From Azolla caroliniana (Eukaryota > Plantae > Polypodiophyta), in NCBI GenBank assembly GCA_043228905.1, contig JBHGNT010000002.1, forward strand, positions 9,796,001-9,860,000: DNA of 64,000 nt, written 5' to 3'. Positions 1 to 11,996 of the stretch are shown here, in pieces (position 1 is the first letter of the stretch; every line of letters begins with the position of its first letter). The notes under the pieces were generated by a model, which was given only the letters and a program-made list of their open reading frames with translations, was not told where the DNA came from and ran no database searches. The translations under genes were made by a program, and so were the position numbers.

Positions 1-181
1 GGCCTCTTCTACTGCCTCGACTTCGTCCTCGGCCACCATTCGAATTCGAGAAGAACATTTGTCCTTTTGATGTCTTGGGTTTGGTTTGGATGTGGTTCTC
101 TTCAACCATCAACATTGATTGAAGGTCGAAGAATGAAGGAGGATTTTCCCTCGCCAAGATTGTCGTCCGTAATTGAACGAA

Positions 182-658
182 TCATTGTGCGAGGCCGCCC
201 AAGCATACTTGAACCATCTCATCTTCGTCGACTTTTATGTTGATGGAACCAAGTGAGTCGCAAATGCTCTTGATCTTGGCGGTGTAGTCCGACACAGACA
301 TTGCTTTTTGTCGAATGTTATTCAACTCTTGTCGGAGTTGAAGCTTACGGGCGGTTGTGTTGGCGGCAAACATCTTCTTTAAGTTCTCCCATGCCTCTTT
401 AGGCGTCTTGGCATCTCGAATGTGGCTAAGCATGTGGTCGTGGACGCATGTTGCCAAGCAATACATTACCCGACTTGCTCCTTGCTCCCATGTTGGGTTG
501 TTGGCGTTTGTGATGTCGGGCTTGTTTTCGAGTGCGCCATTAATGTAGATCCAATACCCTTGGCCGACAGGGTATTGGGTCATCTTGTACTCCCAAGATG
601 AATAATTGCTCCGGTCTAGCTTTTCACTAGGGAGCGAGCTACCCATTTGTGTGTTCAT
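182..658 (-). pseudogene. Copia Gag N-terminal part with premature stop
   Basis: KLDRSNYSSWEYKM and AKTPKEAWENLKKMFAANTTARKLQLRQEL are typical Copia gag motifs. The TGA stop probably derives from CGA. Confidence 0.85.
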
Positions 659-817
659 GTTGATTGTAGTGTCTTCTCTTCTTTTTCTTTTCTTCCTTCA
701 ATCATGTACACGTGCTACGTAGTGGCACTACGGTAGCCAATAGCCGGATTTTGTCGTCGGCATCTCGAACACACAATCACGGAGTCGGGTGGGCTTAGTG
801 GATTTTCTAAACCACAC

Positions 818-829
818 GCTTTGATACCA
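818..829 (-). other. Primer-binding site, initiator tRNA-Met type
   Basis: Reverse complement is TGGTATCAAAGC, directly after the LTR terminal CA. Confidence 0.85.
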
Positions 830-932
830 TGTTAAGAATTAGGTAAGTAATTAAGTATGGATTAATTAGTACCTAATTATGTGATTAAGTTAAGTGGAAG
901 ATTAAGTGATATGTGTGTGTATATGTGTGAGA

Positions 933-976
<44 letters not shown>

Positions 977-1300
977 CACTTATGAACAACACAAGATGGG
1001 GGATGAGTAACTATGTTAAATTAGCATTATCATCATCATCATCAAATACAAAAATACCTACAATGAGGTATATATAGATCTCATGTGCACGGGTGCACAT
1101 GTGTGAGGATAATATAGGTACAAAGGTGTAAGTCCTATATTAAATGTACCTGGGAGTGGAGGATCTAGAATATCCCACTTAAGTACAAGGTCCTATTTAA
1201 GGTGTTATAGTCAACACTTCTAACTAGATTCTATCTAGGTAACTACGAAGTTACATGGTTGACTAACTAACTAAACTAAGTTGAGCTTGATCTCTTAACA
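830..1300 (-). repeat. 5' LTR (471 bp) of the left-edge Copia; contains a (GA)n tract at ~936-974
   Basis: 8-bp terminal inverted repeat TGTTAAGA/TCTTAACA, adjacent PBS, TATA-like TATATATA near 1070. Confidence 0.85.
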
Positions 1301-4300
1301 CCAACTCACTAAGAAAATTTCTCATCCAGATCAGATCTTTGTTGGCCTCTACTGTTGTCGTATACTCTGTGGTTGAGGCAACAAACTTTTACAGTCGTCA
1401 CTGCCACGACACTACTCCCCCTGCATATGTCATTACATACCCAGAAGTGGATCAACTTGAGTCTGCATCCCCCAACATGTCCTAATCGGTAAAACCTTCA
1501 AGCATAGGATTTCTGACACCATACCTAAGGCATACCACCGAGGTGCCTTTTAAGTACTTGAGTATCCATTTGACGGCCGCCCAGTGTTCTCGTCCTGGAT
1601 TACTCATATATCGGCTTACTGCGCCCATAACAAATGCTATACCTAGTCTCGTACAGACCATAGCTTACATTAAAGTGCCGACGACCGATACATATGATAC
1701 TTTCCTCATCTCAGCCTTTCCCTTCTCCCTTCTCAGGCATTGCTTTGCATTGAGCTTGCAGTTGGTCATACAACATAGACCCGACTGGCTTTTCTTTTGA
1801 CATACTAAGACTTTTGAGCTTTTCTCTTGTGACAACCACAACACTTTCTTTGTTCTGTCTTGAACTATGTGCATCCCTAAGATCTATTTTGTCGAATCAA
1901 GATCTTTCATGGCAAACAACTTGCCTAGAGCTCTCTTCAAGCTCATGATTCTCGTTGTGTCTTGTCTGACTATCAACATGTCATCCACATATAATAAGAG
2001 AATTAAGAAGTCACCTTCATCGTACCTCTTTACGAACACACAATGATCTGCTTGTGTTTTGTGGAACCCGTGTTCCAGCATGAAGGTTTCGAACTTCTTG
2101 TACCATTGGCGTGGAGTTTGTTTAAGACCGTACAAGCTTTTCTTCAGTCGACACACCAATTTCTCTTTCCCTTTCTCCTCAAAGCCTTCGGGCTACTGCA
2201 TGTAGATCTCTTCATCCAACTTCCCATGCAGGAATGTTGTTTTGACATCCAACTGTTTGATATCTAGATCCATGGTCGCATCAATGCTCAAAATAGTTAT
2301 GATTGATGTCATCTTTACGACTGGTGCGAATATTTCGTCAAAGTCGACACCCTTTTTCTGTTGAAACCCCTTCGCCACTATGCGGGTTTTATACCTAGGT
2401 GCACTATCGACTTCTCCAGTTGTTACCTTATAAACCCACTTATTCCTAAGTGCTCTCTTACCTTTCGCTAACTCTACCCGATCATAGGTATAGTTCTCGT
2501 GCAAGAAATCCATCTCGTCTTGCATTGCACTCAACTATTTCTCCTTTTTCTTGTCAGCTATGGCCTCTTCATAACACTCAGGTTCACCTTCATTAGTCAA
2601 GAGGATGTATTGACTGACATATGTAGTGGGTGCTCTCCTTTCTCTGAGTGGGTATCTCCTTCCACTCGTTGTCGGCTCCAGTTCGGATGTCTCTGCCGAC
2701 TCTTCTATTGGCTCTGGTTCATATGTGTTGCTCAGGGTTAGCTGACTCCGACTCGTATTCCTCGATCGACTTGAATAGGTCTGCCGACTTCGACTCACCT
2801 ATGTTGGTTGGTTGTTCTGAGTCGACTGACTTGGATTCGGCTGTGCCGACTGACTGTCTCCAAACAACCTACTATGTTGGTTCACTTGGCCTTAAGTCGG
2901 TAGTAGTGAGATTTGATTGGGAAGTCGATTCCGACTTCTGTTGCTTCTAATTCTCAATCGTCTTGTCTTCCAAGAAGACTAGGTTCCGACTCCTCACTAC
3001 TTTCTTATCGACTAAGTCCCACAACCTGTAGCCGAACTCATCCTCTTAGTATCCCATAAATATGCATGGTTTCGACTTCCTGTCGAGCTTCGACCTCTGA
3101 TCCTTAGCTACATGCATATACACCGGACATCCGAACACCCTTAGGTGTTGGTAGGAGACAAATTTTCTTGTCCACACTCTCTGTGGGACATCACCTTTCA
3201 ATGGCATTGAGGGAGACCTGATGATGAGATAAATGGCGGTATACATTGCCTCAACCCAATATGATTTCGGAAATTTAGCATGAGAGAACATACTCCTTAC
3301 CCTCTCCATGATTGTTTGATTCATCCTCTTTGCAAGCCCGTTCAACTCAGGGGTCTTTGGTGTTGTGTATTCAATTCGAATACCTTGGGCCTTGCAATAT
3401 TCTATGAACTACCTTTATATTCGCCATCGATGTCAGTTCGGACAACCTTTAACTTCCGACCCGACTCTCTTTTTGCCCTTGCCTAGAACTCCTTAAAGAA
3501 CAACAATACTTGATCCTTTGACTTTAGCACGAAATTCCACAACTTTCGATTGTAGTCATCAATGAAGGTCACGAAGTACTGTCCACTTCGATGTGATGGA
3601 GCATCTACATAGCACACATCTATGTGTACTAGTTCCAGTGGCACTTCTCTTCTTCTCGATGGTCTTGAGTGGAATGCAGTTATATTCTGCTTTTCGACTA
3701 AGCAGTCGACACACTTCTCCAAGTGTACTACTTTAACTTCTGGGAGAAGTTCCTAGTTGGCCAGGATATGCATTCCTTTCTCACTCATGTGGCCAAGCCT
3801 TTTATGCCATAACTCTCCACTCGAGTCGGCTGCCTCATTTGCTTCTGACTTGCACAGTCGGGCATGCATCATATACAATGTGCCCTCTTTTTGTGCTCGG
3901 ACCACAATGGGTTTCCACGATAGAACTTCCACTTCCCATTTCGAAAGCTACCACTGTAGCCTTCGTCACCCAACCTTCTAGTCGATATAAGATTCAATAT
4001 GATATCGGGGACATGTCAAACTTCCCTCGGGGTTAGTCGACAACCTGTCGATGTCGTTAGGCTTACACTTCCTATGCCGGCTATCTTGCACTCTACATTA
4101 TCTCCCATCTTTACATAGCCATGATCCCCGTTTGTGTAAGTCGAGAAACACTCTCTCAACGGGGTTATATGGAAAGATGCACTCGAGTGAATTACCCAAG
4201 TGCACTCTTCACTTGCAAGATTTGTGCTTGATTGCTCACAAATGAACAAGATCTCTTCTACACACGTAGCAACGATTGAAGTACCCTTTTCATCAGAAAT

Positions 4301-5060
4301 CTTCCTGGGTTCAACACCATTACTAATACCTTTGTCCTTCCTCATGTGTCGACAGTCCTTCTGAAAGTGTCCAGGCTTTCCGCAATAGAAACATGTTAGC
4401 TTATCGCTGGATTTTGGATCTGGCTTGGGACTTTTCTCTCCTTGGTGGACTTCTTTGTCGATTTATTCCTCTACTGGTATGTTGAGTCAAGTTTGACTTT
4501 GACAGGAACAAGACACCCTTGTCCTTCCTTCTTGTCTCCTCGTTCAAGATGCTTATCTTTAAAGCTTGAAGAGACAAGTTCTCTTCTTGACACGGGGTGT
4601 TCAGAGTCGCCACTAGATTCTCCCAGTTGTCCGACAGGGTACACAATAGCAAGATGGCATGTGTTGCATTTTCAAGGGGTAACTTGTTTACAACAAGTTG
4701 GTTCACATACCCCATGAATGTGCTTAAATGCTTCACTATGCTTTCTCCATCCCTGTATTTCAGCCTCATCATCAAAGATGTCTTGTTGAGGGCTTTCTTC
4801 CTCTCATATAGACCTAACAACTTCTGCCACATCTCGTAGGCATTTGTGTCATTTGCCACATGCTGAAGGACACTTACATTGACGCACTGTCTAATGGTGA
4901 CCATTGCCTTTCTGTTTAGAAGTTTCCATTCAGACTCTAATACTCCCATTGGTATTTTAACTCTATCGATGGGCTCATACAGGTCTTCGACTATGAGAAG
5001 GTCTTCCATCTTTATCTTCAAGTCTACATAGTTCTAAGAGTTTAGAACTATCATACCTTG
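1301..5060 (-). pseudogene. Copia gag-pol polyprotein with many stops and frameshifts
   Basis: ORF-track fragments are homologous to the intact Copia C polyprotein. Confidence 0.9.
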
Positions 5061-5110
5061 GAAGCCACTCACCTCCTTGCATCATTGACCTCGATGCTCT
5101 GATACTAGTT

Positions 5111-6220
5111 TGAAAGGATTTCCCTTCCTTTGATCTGTGATTAACAATCGGAAACGGTTTGGTTTGAGAGGGTCCAAACCGAACCGAACCAAAAAATCGT
5201 TAAACCGAAGCGTTAAACCATTTTCAAACCGTTAAACCATTAAACCGTAAAAACCGCAGTTTCATGGTTCGGTTTTGGTTTTCAACATAGGTTAAAATTT
5301 TAACTTTTTAAAATTTTTAAAATTTTAAGATGTTCCTAAAATGTGAGGATAAGGTCTAAAAATGAAAAGATTGTTTAAAAAAAAAATTTAATTTTTAAAA
5401 AGAAATAAAAAACCGTTAAACTGTTTAAACCGTGGTTTCTGGCTGTTAAAACCAAACCGAACCGAACCGTTTTAAAAAACCTAAACCTGAACCGAACCGT
5501 TGAAACCGTTAAGCCGTTAAGTCACAGTTTTGCGATTCGGTTCAGTTCAAATCAAACCGTTGCCGATTGTTATCTGTGAGAAAGAGTGACTGAAATATAC
5601 GCAATGATGAAGAAACTAGAAGACAACAAAAAGAGCGAGATACACAATGCACACAGGTTTTACGTGGAAACCTAAAAAGAGAAAAAAACCATGAGAACAA
5701 AGATTCACTATAAAATGGAGAATACAAAGGAGACGGTATACAACACACTCTCTCTACAGAGTGTATCAGCCACACAAAGCTCTTGGCGTTTAAGTTCTCT
5801 CAGCTATGGCGTCACTCTCTTCTCTTTGTTCTACTCTACTATTGTTCTACATTAACTCTATGTTTGCCCTAAGTGTATTTATACTTTTTCACTGTATGGG
5901 CTATTTACAAATGTAGTTATTGCTATTGTCATTCCTATTATTCTATTAAATAACAATAATAGTTTAATCAGTTGACTGTTAGACTAGCCGACTCCTATGT
6001 CGACTGTCTAGTCGGCCTGGTCGTGGACTCTCTTGTTGGCCCGACTAGTTAGTCGTGTCTTCGACTTGGATCACACATATACTTATATGTATATATATAT
6101 ATATACTATCTACTCCCCCTTGTCATTGACCATCGACCGTCGGCTACTCCTTGTCTTCGACTGTCAACTCTTTGAGTTCGACCAGTCGGTTCCTCCCATA
6201 GGAGGGACATATTCCTAACA
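5111..6220 (-). repeat. 5' LTR of Copia-1, interrupted by a MITE
   Basis: TG...CA ends. The right end GGAGGGACATATTCCTAACA and internal TTTACGTGGAAA resemble the other Copia LTRs in the window. Confidence 0.75.
5142..5572. mobile_element. Non-autonomous DNA transposon (MITE), probably hAT superfamily
   Basis: ~26-bp imperfect TIRs TAACAATCGGAAACGGTTTGGTTTGA / TCAAATCAAACCGTTGCCGATTGTTA; 8-bp TSD TCTGTGAT/TCTGTGAG (1 mismatch); subterminal AAACCG repeats; AT-rich core. Confidence 0.85.
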
Positions 6221-6898
6221 TTTGGCATCCGCGCAGAAGACTTGTAATTCGGCTGCTTGAGTTGACCATTCGTTCCAACCTTGAGCGAGTGTCGTTGTGA
6301 CCTTTTCGTTCAGCTTCTTCTGATGTTTCATAACTAAAGCTTTCACTCATTCTTTGCCCATTGTATATTTGGCAGAGAGTGTGTCCATTGCCTCTTGGGT
6401 AATCACGTCATTGAGTTTGAGTTGAGCTATCCGGAGTCGGTACGGGTGTTGAGTCTGGAAACCTTTGCCTCCATTCGTTTCGTGTGTTGTTCGTGCCTTC
6501 AGAGGATCCAATTCTTTTCCTTTTCCAGCTCTTGCTGGTACTGTTCCCGATCCTATTCCCAGTCTTGTTGCGTGGAGGTCTGTATCCTGTGGGGGGATTC
6601 TGACAATATATGTCTTTCTTGCTCCGACTCTTCCAACATTTGAAGCTGCCGACTAAGGTGTTGTTGGAGTTTCGTGTGTTCGTTTTGGAGAATGATGAGT
6701 TGGTCATTTGTTATGGCAGAAGCCTGTTGATACCCCTCCTCAATCTCATGAATTTTGGCTGTGGATGCCTCGTTTGTAGCCCGAAGAGCAAACGCGCCTT
6801 GTGCTTCCATCTCATAGAGCTGGGTGGTAGCTTCGTCTTTAGCGGCCTGAAGAGCGGTTGCAGCCTTTGTTTCCATTGCCTAGAGAGCTTGCATGTAT
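6221..6898 (-). pseudogene. Degenerate coiled-coil-coding fragment, probably retroelement-derived
   Basis: Broken minus-strand ORFs (6553-6876, 6408-6707) rich in E/Q/A; no diagnostic motif. Confidence 0.35.
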
Positions 6899-7986
6899 TC
6901 GGTACTCACTTCGTTAATAAAGTTATTCATGAATTATGAATCTATCATGCAATAGTGCATAAAAGGAGTATACCATACTATCCACAAGCTAACGGGTTAA
7001 CCGAATCGACAAACAAAACTATTCAAACAATCCTTAGGAAGATTGTCAATGAAAATCGACCGATTGGGACGAAAAGTTACATAGTGCTCTATGGGCTTAT
7101 CGAACAACATACAAGACTATGATCAAGGTGACTCCGTTGAGGATGGCGTTCAGGCTAGAAGGAGTGATACAAATCGAGTTTCAGATTCCGACTCAGCGCG
7201 TGCAGGTCACCGAACGATTGGATGAGGAGTAGTCAGAACAACTCCTTTTGTTGGAAGAGAGTCGCCTATAGGCAATTTGCCATTTGGAGCAAAAGCAACG
7301 GAAAACGAAAGCATTTGTCGATCGACATTGACACAAAAACTAAAGCATTTGTCGATCGACATCGACACAATAAAGAGAAGTTGTTCGACATCAGTAAGCC
7401 GGTTTTGGTCTTTCAAACAAAAAGGGTGTCATGCTAGGAAAATTGAGATTTAGGTGGACCTGTATGTATTGGATCATCAACAACAACAAGGGCACGTATT
7501 AGATCAACACATTAGCGGACGAAGTCTTATTGGTTTCGACTTAAACCGTATCAGGGACTAACACCGACAAACCCATTTCTACTCGACAGTCAACCGACGA
7601 GCCCAGTTCGGGTCAATGGACCATAATTCCAGGGTCATATTTGTAATACGTCAAGAAAAATCTTGGCATCATTACAAAAGAAACAGAAAAATTATCTTGG
7701 AATCATTACTTCTTGGCGTTGTCCTTTTCAGACTATGAATGGACAGACATGCTTATGATTCAATACTTATTACTAGTGGACAGGCATTAATAACAGATTC
7801 TATTTTTATAATGTCTTGCCTCGAGTAATAGAACAATTTCTCACAAAAACCCTTCCACTTCCCTTCTCTGCCACAAAAAAGCATAGGCAAAAAATAATAC
7901 GCAAAAAACTACAAGCAAACAATGCGACGAACTCAAGAACACAGATGAACAAGAGGCTTGCACACCGACGACTTCAACGTTTCAAC
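6899..7986 (+). mobile_element. Gypsy fragment of the D/E/G lineage: integrase C-terminal half and downstream spacer
   Basis: GTHFVNKVIHEL, PYYPQANG and KPVLVFQT remnants are colinear with 41650-42340. Confidence 0.8.
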
Positions 7987-8493
7987 TGTGCGGAAATAAC
8001 GCTCAGCTACAACCGAGTCTTCAACAAGGAATAGAAGAGAACAAATTAAAACTAAGATGACACAAGATGTTTACGTGGAAAACCCTAAATGGGGAAAAAC
8101 CACGAGAGCCCACGGATTCCGAACTATCACTATATGAGAAGGAATACAAAGTGGAAACATAGAGGCAATGACCTCATGCTCACGATCTTCACCAGACGGC
8201 GGTTACAACAAAAACTGCCCGTAGCTACTCTCTCTCTCTCTCTCTCTCTCTCTGTTCAACAATAATAACCACCACACCTATGATTGCCCTAAGTCATATT
8301 TATACTCATATGACCTTAGGGCTATTTACAAATGTAGCCTCAATGGGCTTACTCTAACATATTTACAAATATGTCCTTGGACTCACTTGATCCGGTTTCC
8401 GAGTCTCATCTAGAACCCTTCCGGATCCGGTTCCTTCATTCGGCTCATCTGGTTTTCATCCGGATCCCATCCGGAGGGACCGAATTCTCAACA
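7987..8493 (-). repeat. 3' LTR of Copia A
   Basis: TGTGCGG...CTCAACA ends; followed by AACTCCCCCTTCAC (minus-strand PPT GTGAAGGGGGAGTT); motifs shared with B/C LTRs. Confidence 0.8.
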
Positions 8494-9003
8494 AACTCCC
8501 CCTTCACTCCAACATGGAATTTCTCGTTAATCCGATCCATCTTCGGCACGCGTACAACATGTCGGTTGAAATCACCTTGGTCAGCATATCCAATCTGTTC
8601 TCCATCATGTGGATCTTCGTCAACACGAAGTCTTGATCTTCTACCTTCTCCCATAGCTAGTGATATCTCCTCTAGATGTGCTTGGTCCGGGAATGGTACG
8701 CCGCATTCTTGGCAAAGTGGATGACACTTTGACTGTCACAGTCGAGCCGGTATTCCTCATGTCGGATCCATATTACTTCGTTGCTGGCTTCGAGAGCTGC
8801 CATATACTCCACTTTCGTTGTTGATAGTGCAACGGACTTCTGCAGCCTCGACTGCCATGATACTGCTCCCTTTGCATAAGTCATAACATATCCGGATGTA
8901 GACCGGCTGGTATTCGCATCAGCTGACATATCTGAATTCATAACTCCATCATGTTGCAGTTTACCGAAGCCAAACCGGAGGCACATACTCGAGGTCCCTT
9001 TCT

Positions 9004-9739
9004 TGTTGGGAGACAGGTCCCTCCGGATGGGAAAGGAGAAGAATAGTGCCGAGGCTGAAAACCGTATGAGTACCCGGCCACGGAGAGCCGGATGATGCAG
9101 ACCCGGTGAAGACCGGATGAGGAGTACCTGGCTACGGAGAGCCGGATGGTGTAGACCTGGTGAAGACAGGATGAGGAGTACCCGGCTACGGAGAGCCGGA
9201 TGGTGCAGACCCGGTAAGAACCGGATGAGGAGTACCCGGCTACGGAGAGCCGGATGGTGCAAACCTGGTGAGGAATGCTCACCGGATGAAGAGACATATT
9301 CGTAAATATGTTTCTGAGAGTTCATCGAGGCTATATTTGTAAATAGCCGAAAAGTCATATTAGTATAAATATGACTTAGGGCAAACTTTTAGAAAACTGT
9401 TGTTGTTATTCTTGTTGGTGCAAGAAAAGAGAGAGCGTGTAACAGTGTACAGAGAGAGATAGAGAAAGAGGTCGTTGCCTCTGTTGTAATCGCTGCCTGT
9501 GGCGAGGATCGTGAGCAGGAGGTCGTTGCCTCCATGATTTCATTGTTGTACATTCTAGCATAGTGATAGTTTGCAGCCTGTGGGCTGCCGTGGTTTTTCC
9601 CTTGGTTTGGGTTTTCCACGTAAACATCCTGTGTACCCTCCTCTTCTTTGTGTCGTGCATTTATTTCCCATTTTCTGTGTATGATTCTAAGCTCGGTTGT
9701 GGCCGAGCGTTGCGTATAGGGAGCGTGTTGTTCCCGTCA
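9004..9739 (+). repeat. 5' LTR of Copia B with about four 54-bp tandem units at ~9061-9290
   Basis: Direct repeat of 20300-21038; unit CCGGATGAGGAGTACCCGGCTACGGAGAGCCGGATGGTGCAGACCCGGTAAGAA. Confidence 0.95.
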
Positions 9740-9741
9740 AG

Positions 9742-9753
9742 TGGTATCAGAGC
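9742..9753 (+). other. PBS (initiator tRNA-Met) of Copia B
   Basis: TGGTATCAGAGC, 2 nt after the LTR. Confidence 0.95.
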
Positions 9754-9789
9754 AAAACAACACAGAAATTGGACGAATCGTTTGGTGGC

Positions 9790-11259
9790 ATGTTCAAGCT
9801 CACCGGCTCCAACTATTCGGTATGGAAGTCGAAGATGAGGGACATGCTCATGGTTAAAGATCTTTGGTTGCTGGTTCAGTTTGGGGACAAGAGACCGAAC
9901 AAAATCGATGCCACGGTATGGGAGGTGATGCACATGAAGACAACGGCTTACATACGGTGCTTCATCGACATGAGCCTATACAACAACTTCAATGAAGAGA
10001 GCAAGGCTCATGAGCTTTGGGAGAAGATCGGCATTATGTTTCAAAACAAAAATGTTGTTAATCAGGTTTCGGTGTTCCGGAAGCTAGTCAGACTCCGGTA
10101 CCAAGATGGCTCCAGCATGGCGGAGCACATGAATGCCTTCCAGGGGCTGATCCACCAGGCAATTTCATTGGAGGTACCTCTCGCCGATGAGGTACTAGCA
10201 CTACTCCTGCTCGGTTCCCTCCCAGATAGCTGGGAGACGTTGGTTGTCACCTTGGGCAACGCCGGGCCGGAAGGGAAACGGTTATCCCTAGCAAGAGTAA
10301 AGTCGAGCTTGCTAGATGAGGAGGCGCGTCGGAAAGACAAAGATACGAGCTCCGACTCCAAAGCACTCCTAACCGAATCGGAACGTGGAAGACATATAAA
10401 CCGTAGTCCCCAGAACTGGGAGAAGTGGGGGACACAGTCAAAGTCAAGGGGAAGACCCACTTGCTTCTATTGTGGCAAGCCGGGGCATTTCCAGAAGAAC
10501 TGTCGGCATTTCCGAAAGGATAAGGAGACCGACGGTACCGATTCGAAGCGGACCCCGGACCGGAACGGTACAGACCGGAGGGGAACGGACCGGAAGGGGA
10601 CGACGGCAATCGCGGCAAGTGAAGAAGAGTTGATGCTCATCACCGAGGAGAGTGAGATAAACCTTGCTGGCGACGAGATGACTTGGGTGGTCGACTCCGG
10701 AGCGTCGTTCCACCTTACCCCGGACCAGAAACGCTTCTCATCCTACTCAGCCGGTGATCACGACTGTGTCCGGATGGGGAATGAAGGTACATGCCGAATT
10801 GTCGGCATAGGAGACGTGTGGCTGTCAACACCAACTGGATGCAAGTTGCTGCTGAAGGATGTTTGACACATTCCGGAGGTTCGACTGAACCTGATATCAG
10901 CCGGTCGGCTAGATGATGAAGGCTACACGGCTAGCATCCGGAACGGTGTCATGAAGTTAAGCAAAGGGAGCCTAATTATGGCTCGGGCTCAAAAGGTAAA
11001 CACGTTATACCTGATGAATGCCCGGTTATGTCCGGAAGAAGTGAACATGGCATCCGACACTGCCGGTGAGCTATGGCACAAGAGGCTGTGTCATATGAGC
11101 GAGAAGGGGATGAAGAGGTTTGTAGACGACAACCTCATTCCAGTGAAGAACGTGCGCTTGGAGAAGTGCACTGATTGTCTGGTCGGTAAGCAAAACGGGA
11201 CCTCCTTCCGACCAAGGCCACCGATGAGACGTAATGCACCACTGGAGTTGGTGCATACG
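9790..11259 (+). pseudogene. Copia B gag, protease and integrase N-terminus (stop at 10864, interrupted by Copia C)
   Basis: CFYCGKPGHFQKNC zinc knuckle, WVVDSGASFH protease, LWHKRLCH GAG-pre-integrase motif. Confidence 0.9.
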
Positions 11260-11666
11260 TGTTGGGATTTCGGTCCCTCCGGATGGGATGTCCGGAGATG
11301 AATGACGGCAAGCCCGGTTGCAGTTACGGAACCGGAGGATGAAGAGTACCCGGCATGAAGCCGGATGAAGAGTACCCGGCTACGGAGTCGGATGATGAAG
11401 ACCCCGGCTACGAAGCCGGATGATGAAGAGTACCCGGCTACAGAGTCGGATGATGAAGACCCCGGCTACGGAGCCGGATGACGAATGTACCCGGAGAGAG
11501 ATCCGGATGCGGGGACATATTTGTGAATATGTTTGCCAAGGGCCCTTGAGGCTATATTTGTAAATAGCCCGAAAGTCATATGTGTATAAATATGACTTAG
11601 GGCAAACAGTTTTGCGGTTGTTACTCATTTTTCTGGTTTTCCACTTAGAGGGAGCTAAGTGAGCAG

Positions 11667-11699
<33 letters not shown>

Positions 11700-11965
11700 G
11701 AAGAGGTCGTTGCCTCTGTGTATTACCGCCGTCTATGGCGAAGACAGTGAGCTCAAGGTTGTTGCCTTGAAGCTTCACCATTGTACATCTCTGTTCATAG
11801 TGATAGTTGGAGTTTGAGGACTCCCGTGGTTTTTCCCATTTAGGGTTTTCCACGTAAAATATCCTGTGTACTCTTCTTTCTATTGTCTTCGTGCATTTTG
11901 GTATTTCCCGTTTTCTATGTGAGTTGATCCTATTCCTCGGTTCTGGCCGAGCACTGTCTACAACA
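11260..11965 (+). repeat. 5' LTR of Copia C
   Basis: TGTTG...CAACA ends; near-identical to 17040-17739; 28-30 bp tandem units at ~11330-11495. Confidence 0.95.
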
Positions 11966-11996
11966 AAGTGGTATCAGAGCGACAGTAACACAGAAA

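Larger units (their letters stand above)
1..1300 (-). mobile_element. Ty1/Copia LTR retrotransposon, 5' part (LTR, PBS, gag); runs off the left window edge
   Basis: LTR 830-1300 has TGTTAAGA...TCTTAACA termini. The minus-strand PBS TGGTATCAAAGC abuts it and is followed by a Copia gag ORF. It interrupts the RNase H region of the next Copia. Confidence 0.9.
1301..6220 (-). mobile_element. Degenerate Ty1/Copia element 'Copia-1' (Tnt1/Tork-like); 3' end displaced by the left-edge element
   Basis: Minus-strand fragments in order: gag (4401-5021), protease (4016-4345), integrase (3046-3722), RT with LLLYVDDML (1665-2534), RNase H start. Decayed PBS at 5096-5107; LTR 5111-6220. Confidence 0.9.

Noticed and set aside
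1082-1101. Perfect palindrome CATGTGCAC-GG-GTGCACATG in the left-edge LTR
   Set aside because: Single occurrence with no second LTR in the window to test conservation; not enough to claim function.
6221-6240. TTTGGCATCCGCG right after an LTR end, resembling a PBS or a fourth tRNA-like segment
   Set aside because: The adjacent LTR is Copia-type with its own Met PBS at the other end. Similarity stops after TGGCA and there is no CCCAC/GTGGG stem, so it is probably chance.
9061-9290. Regular repeats that could be taken for a CRISPR array (also 11330-11495, 17110-17275, 20360-20590)
   Set aside because: They are head-to-tail tandem units without unique spacers, lie inside LTRs, and there are no cas genes; the context is eukaryotic.
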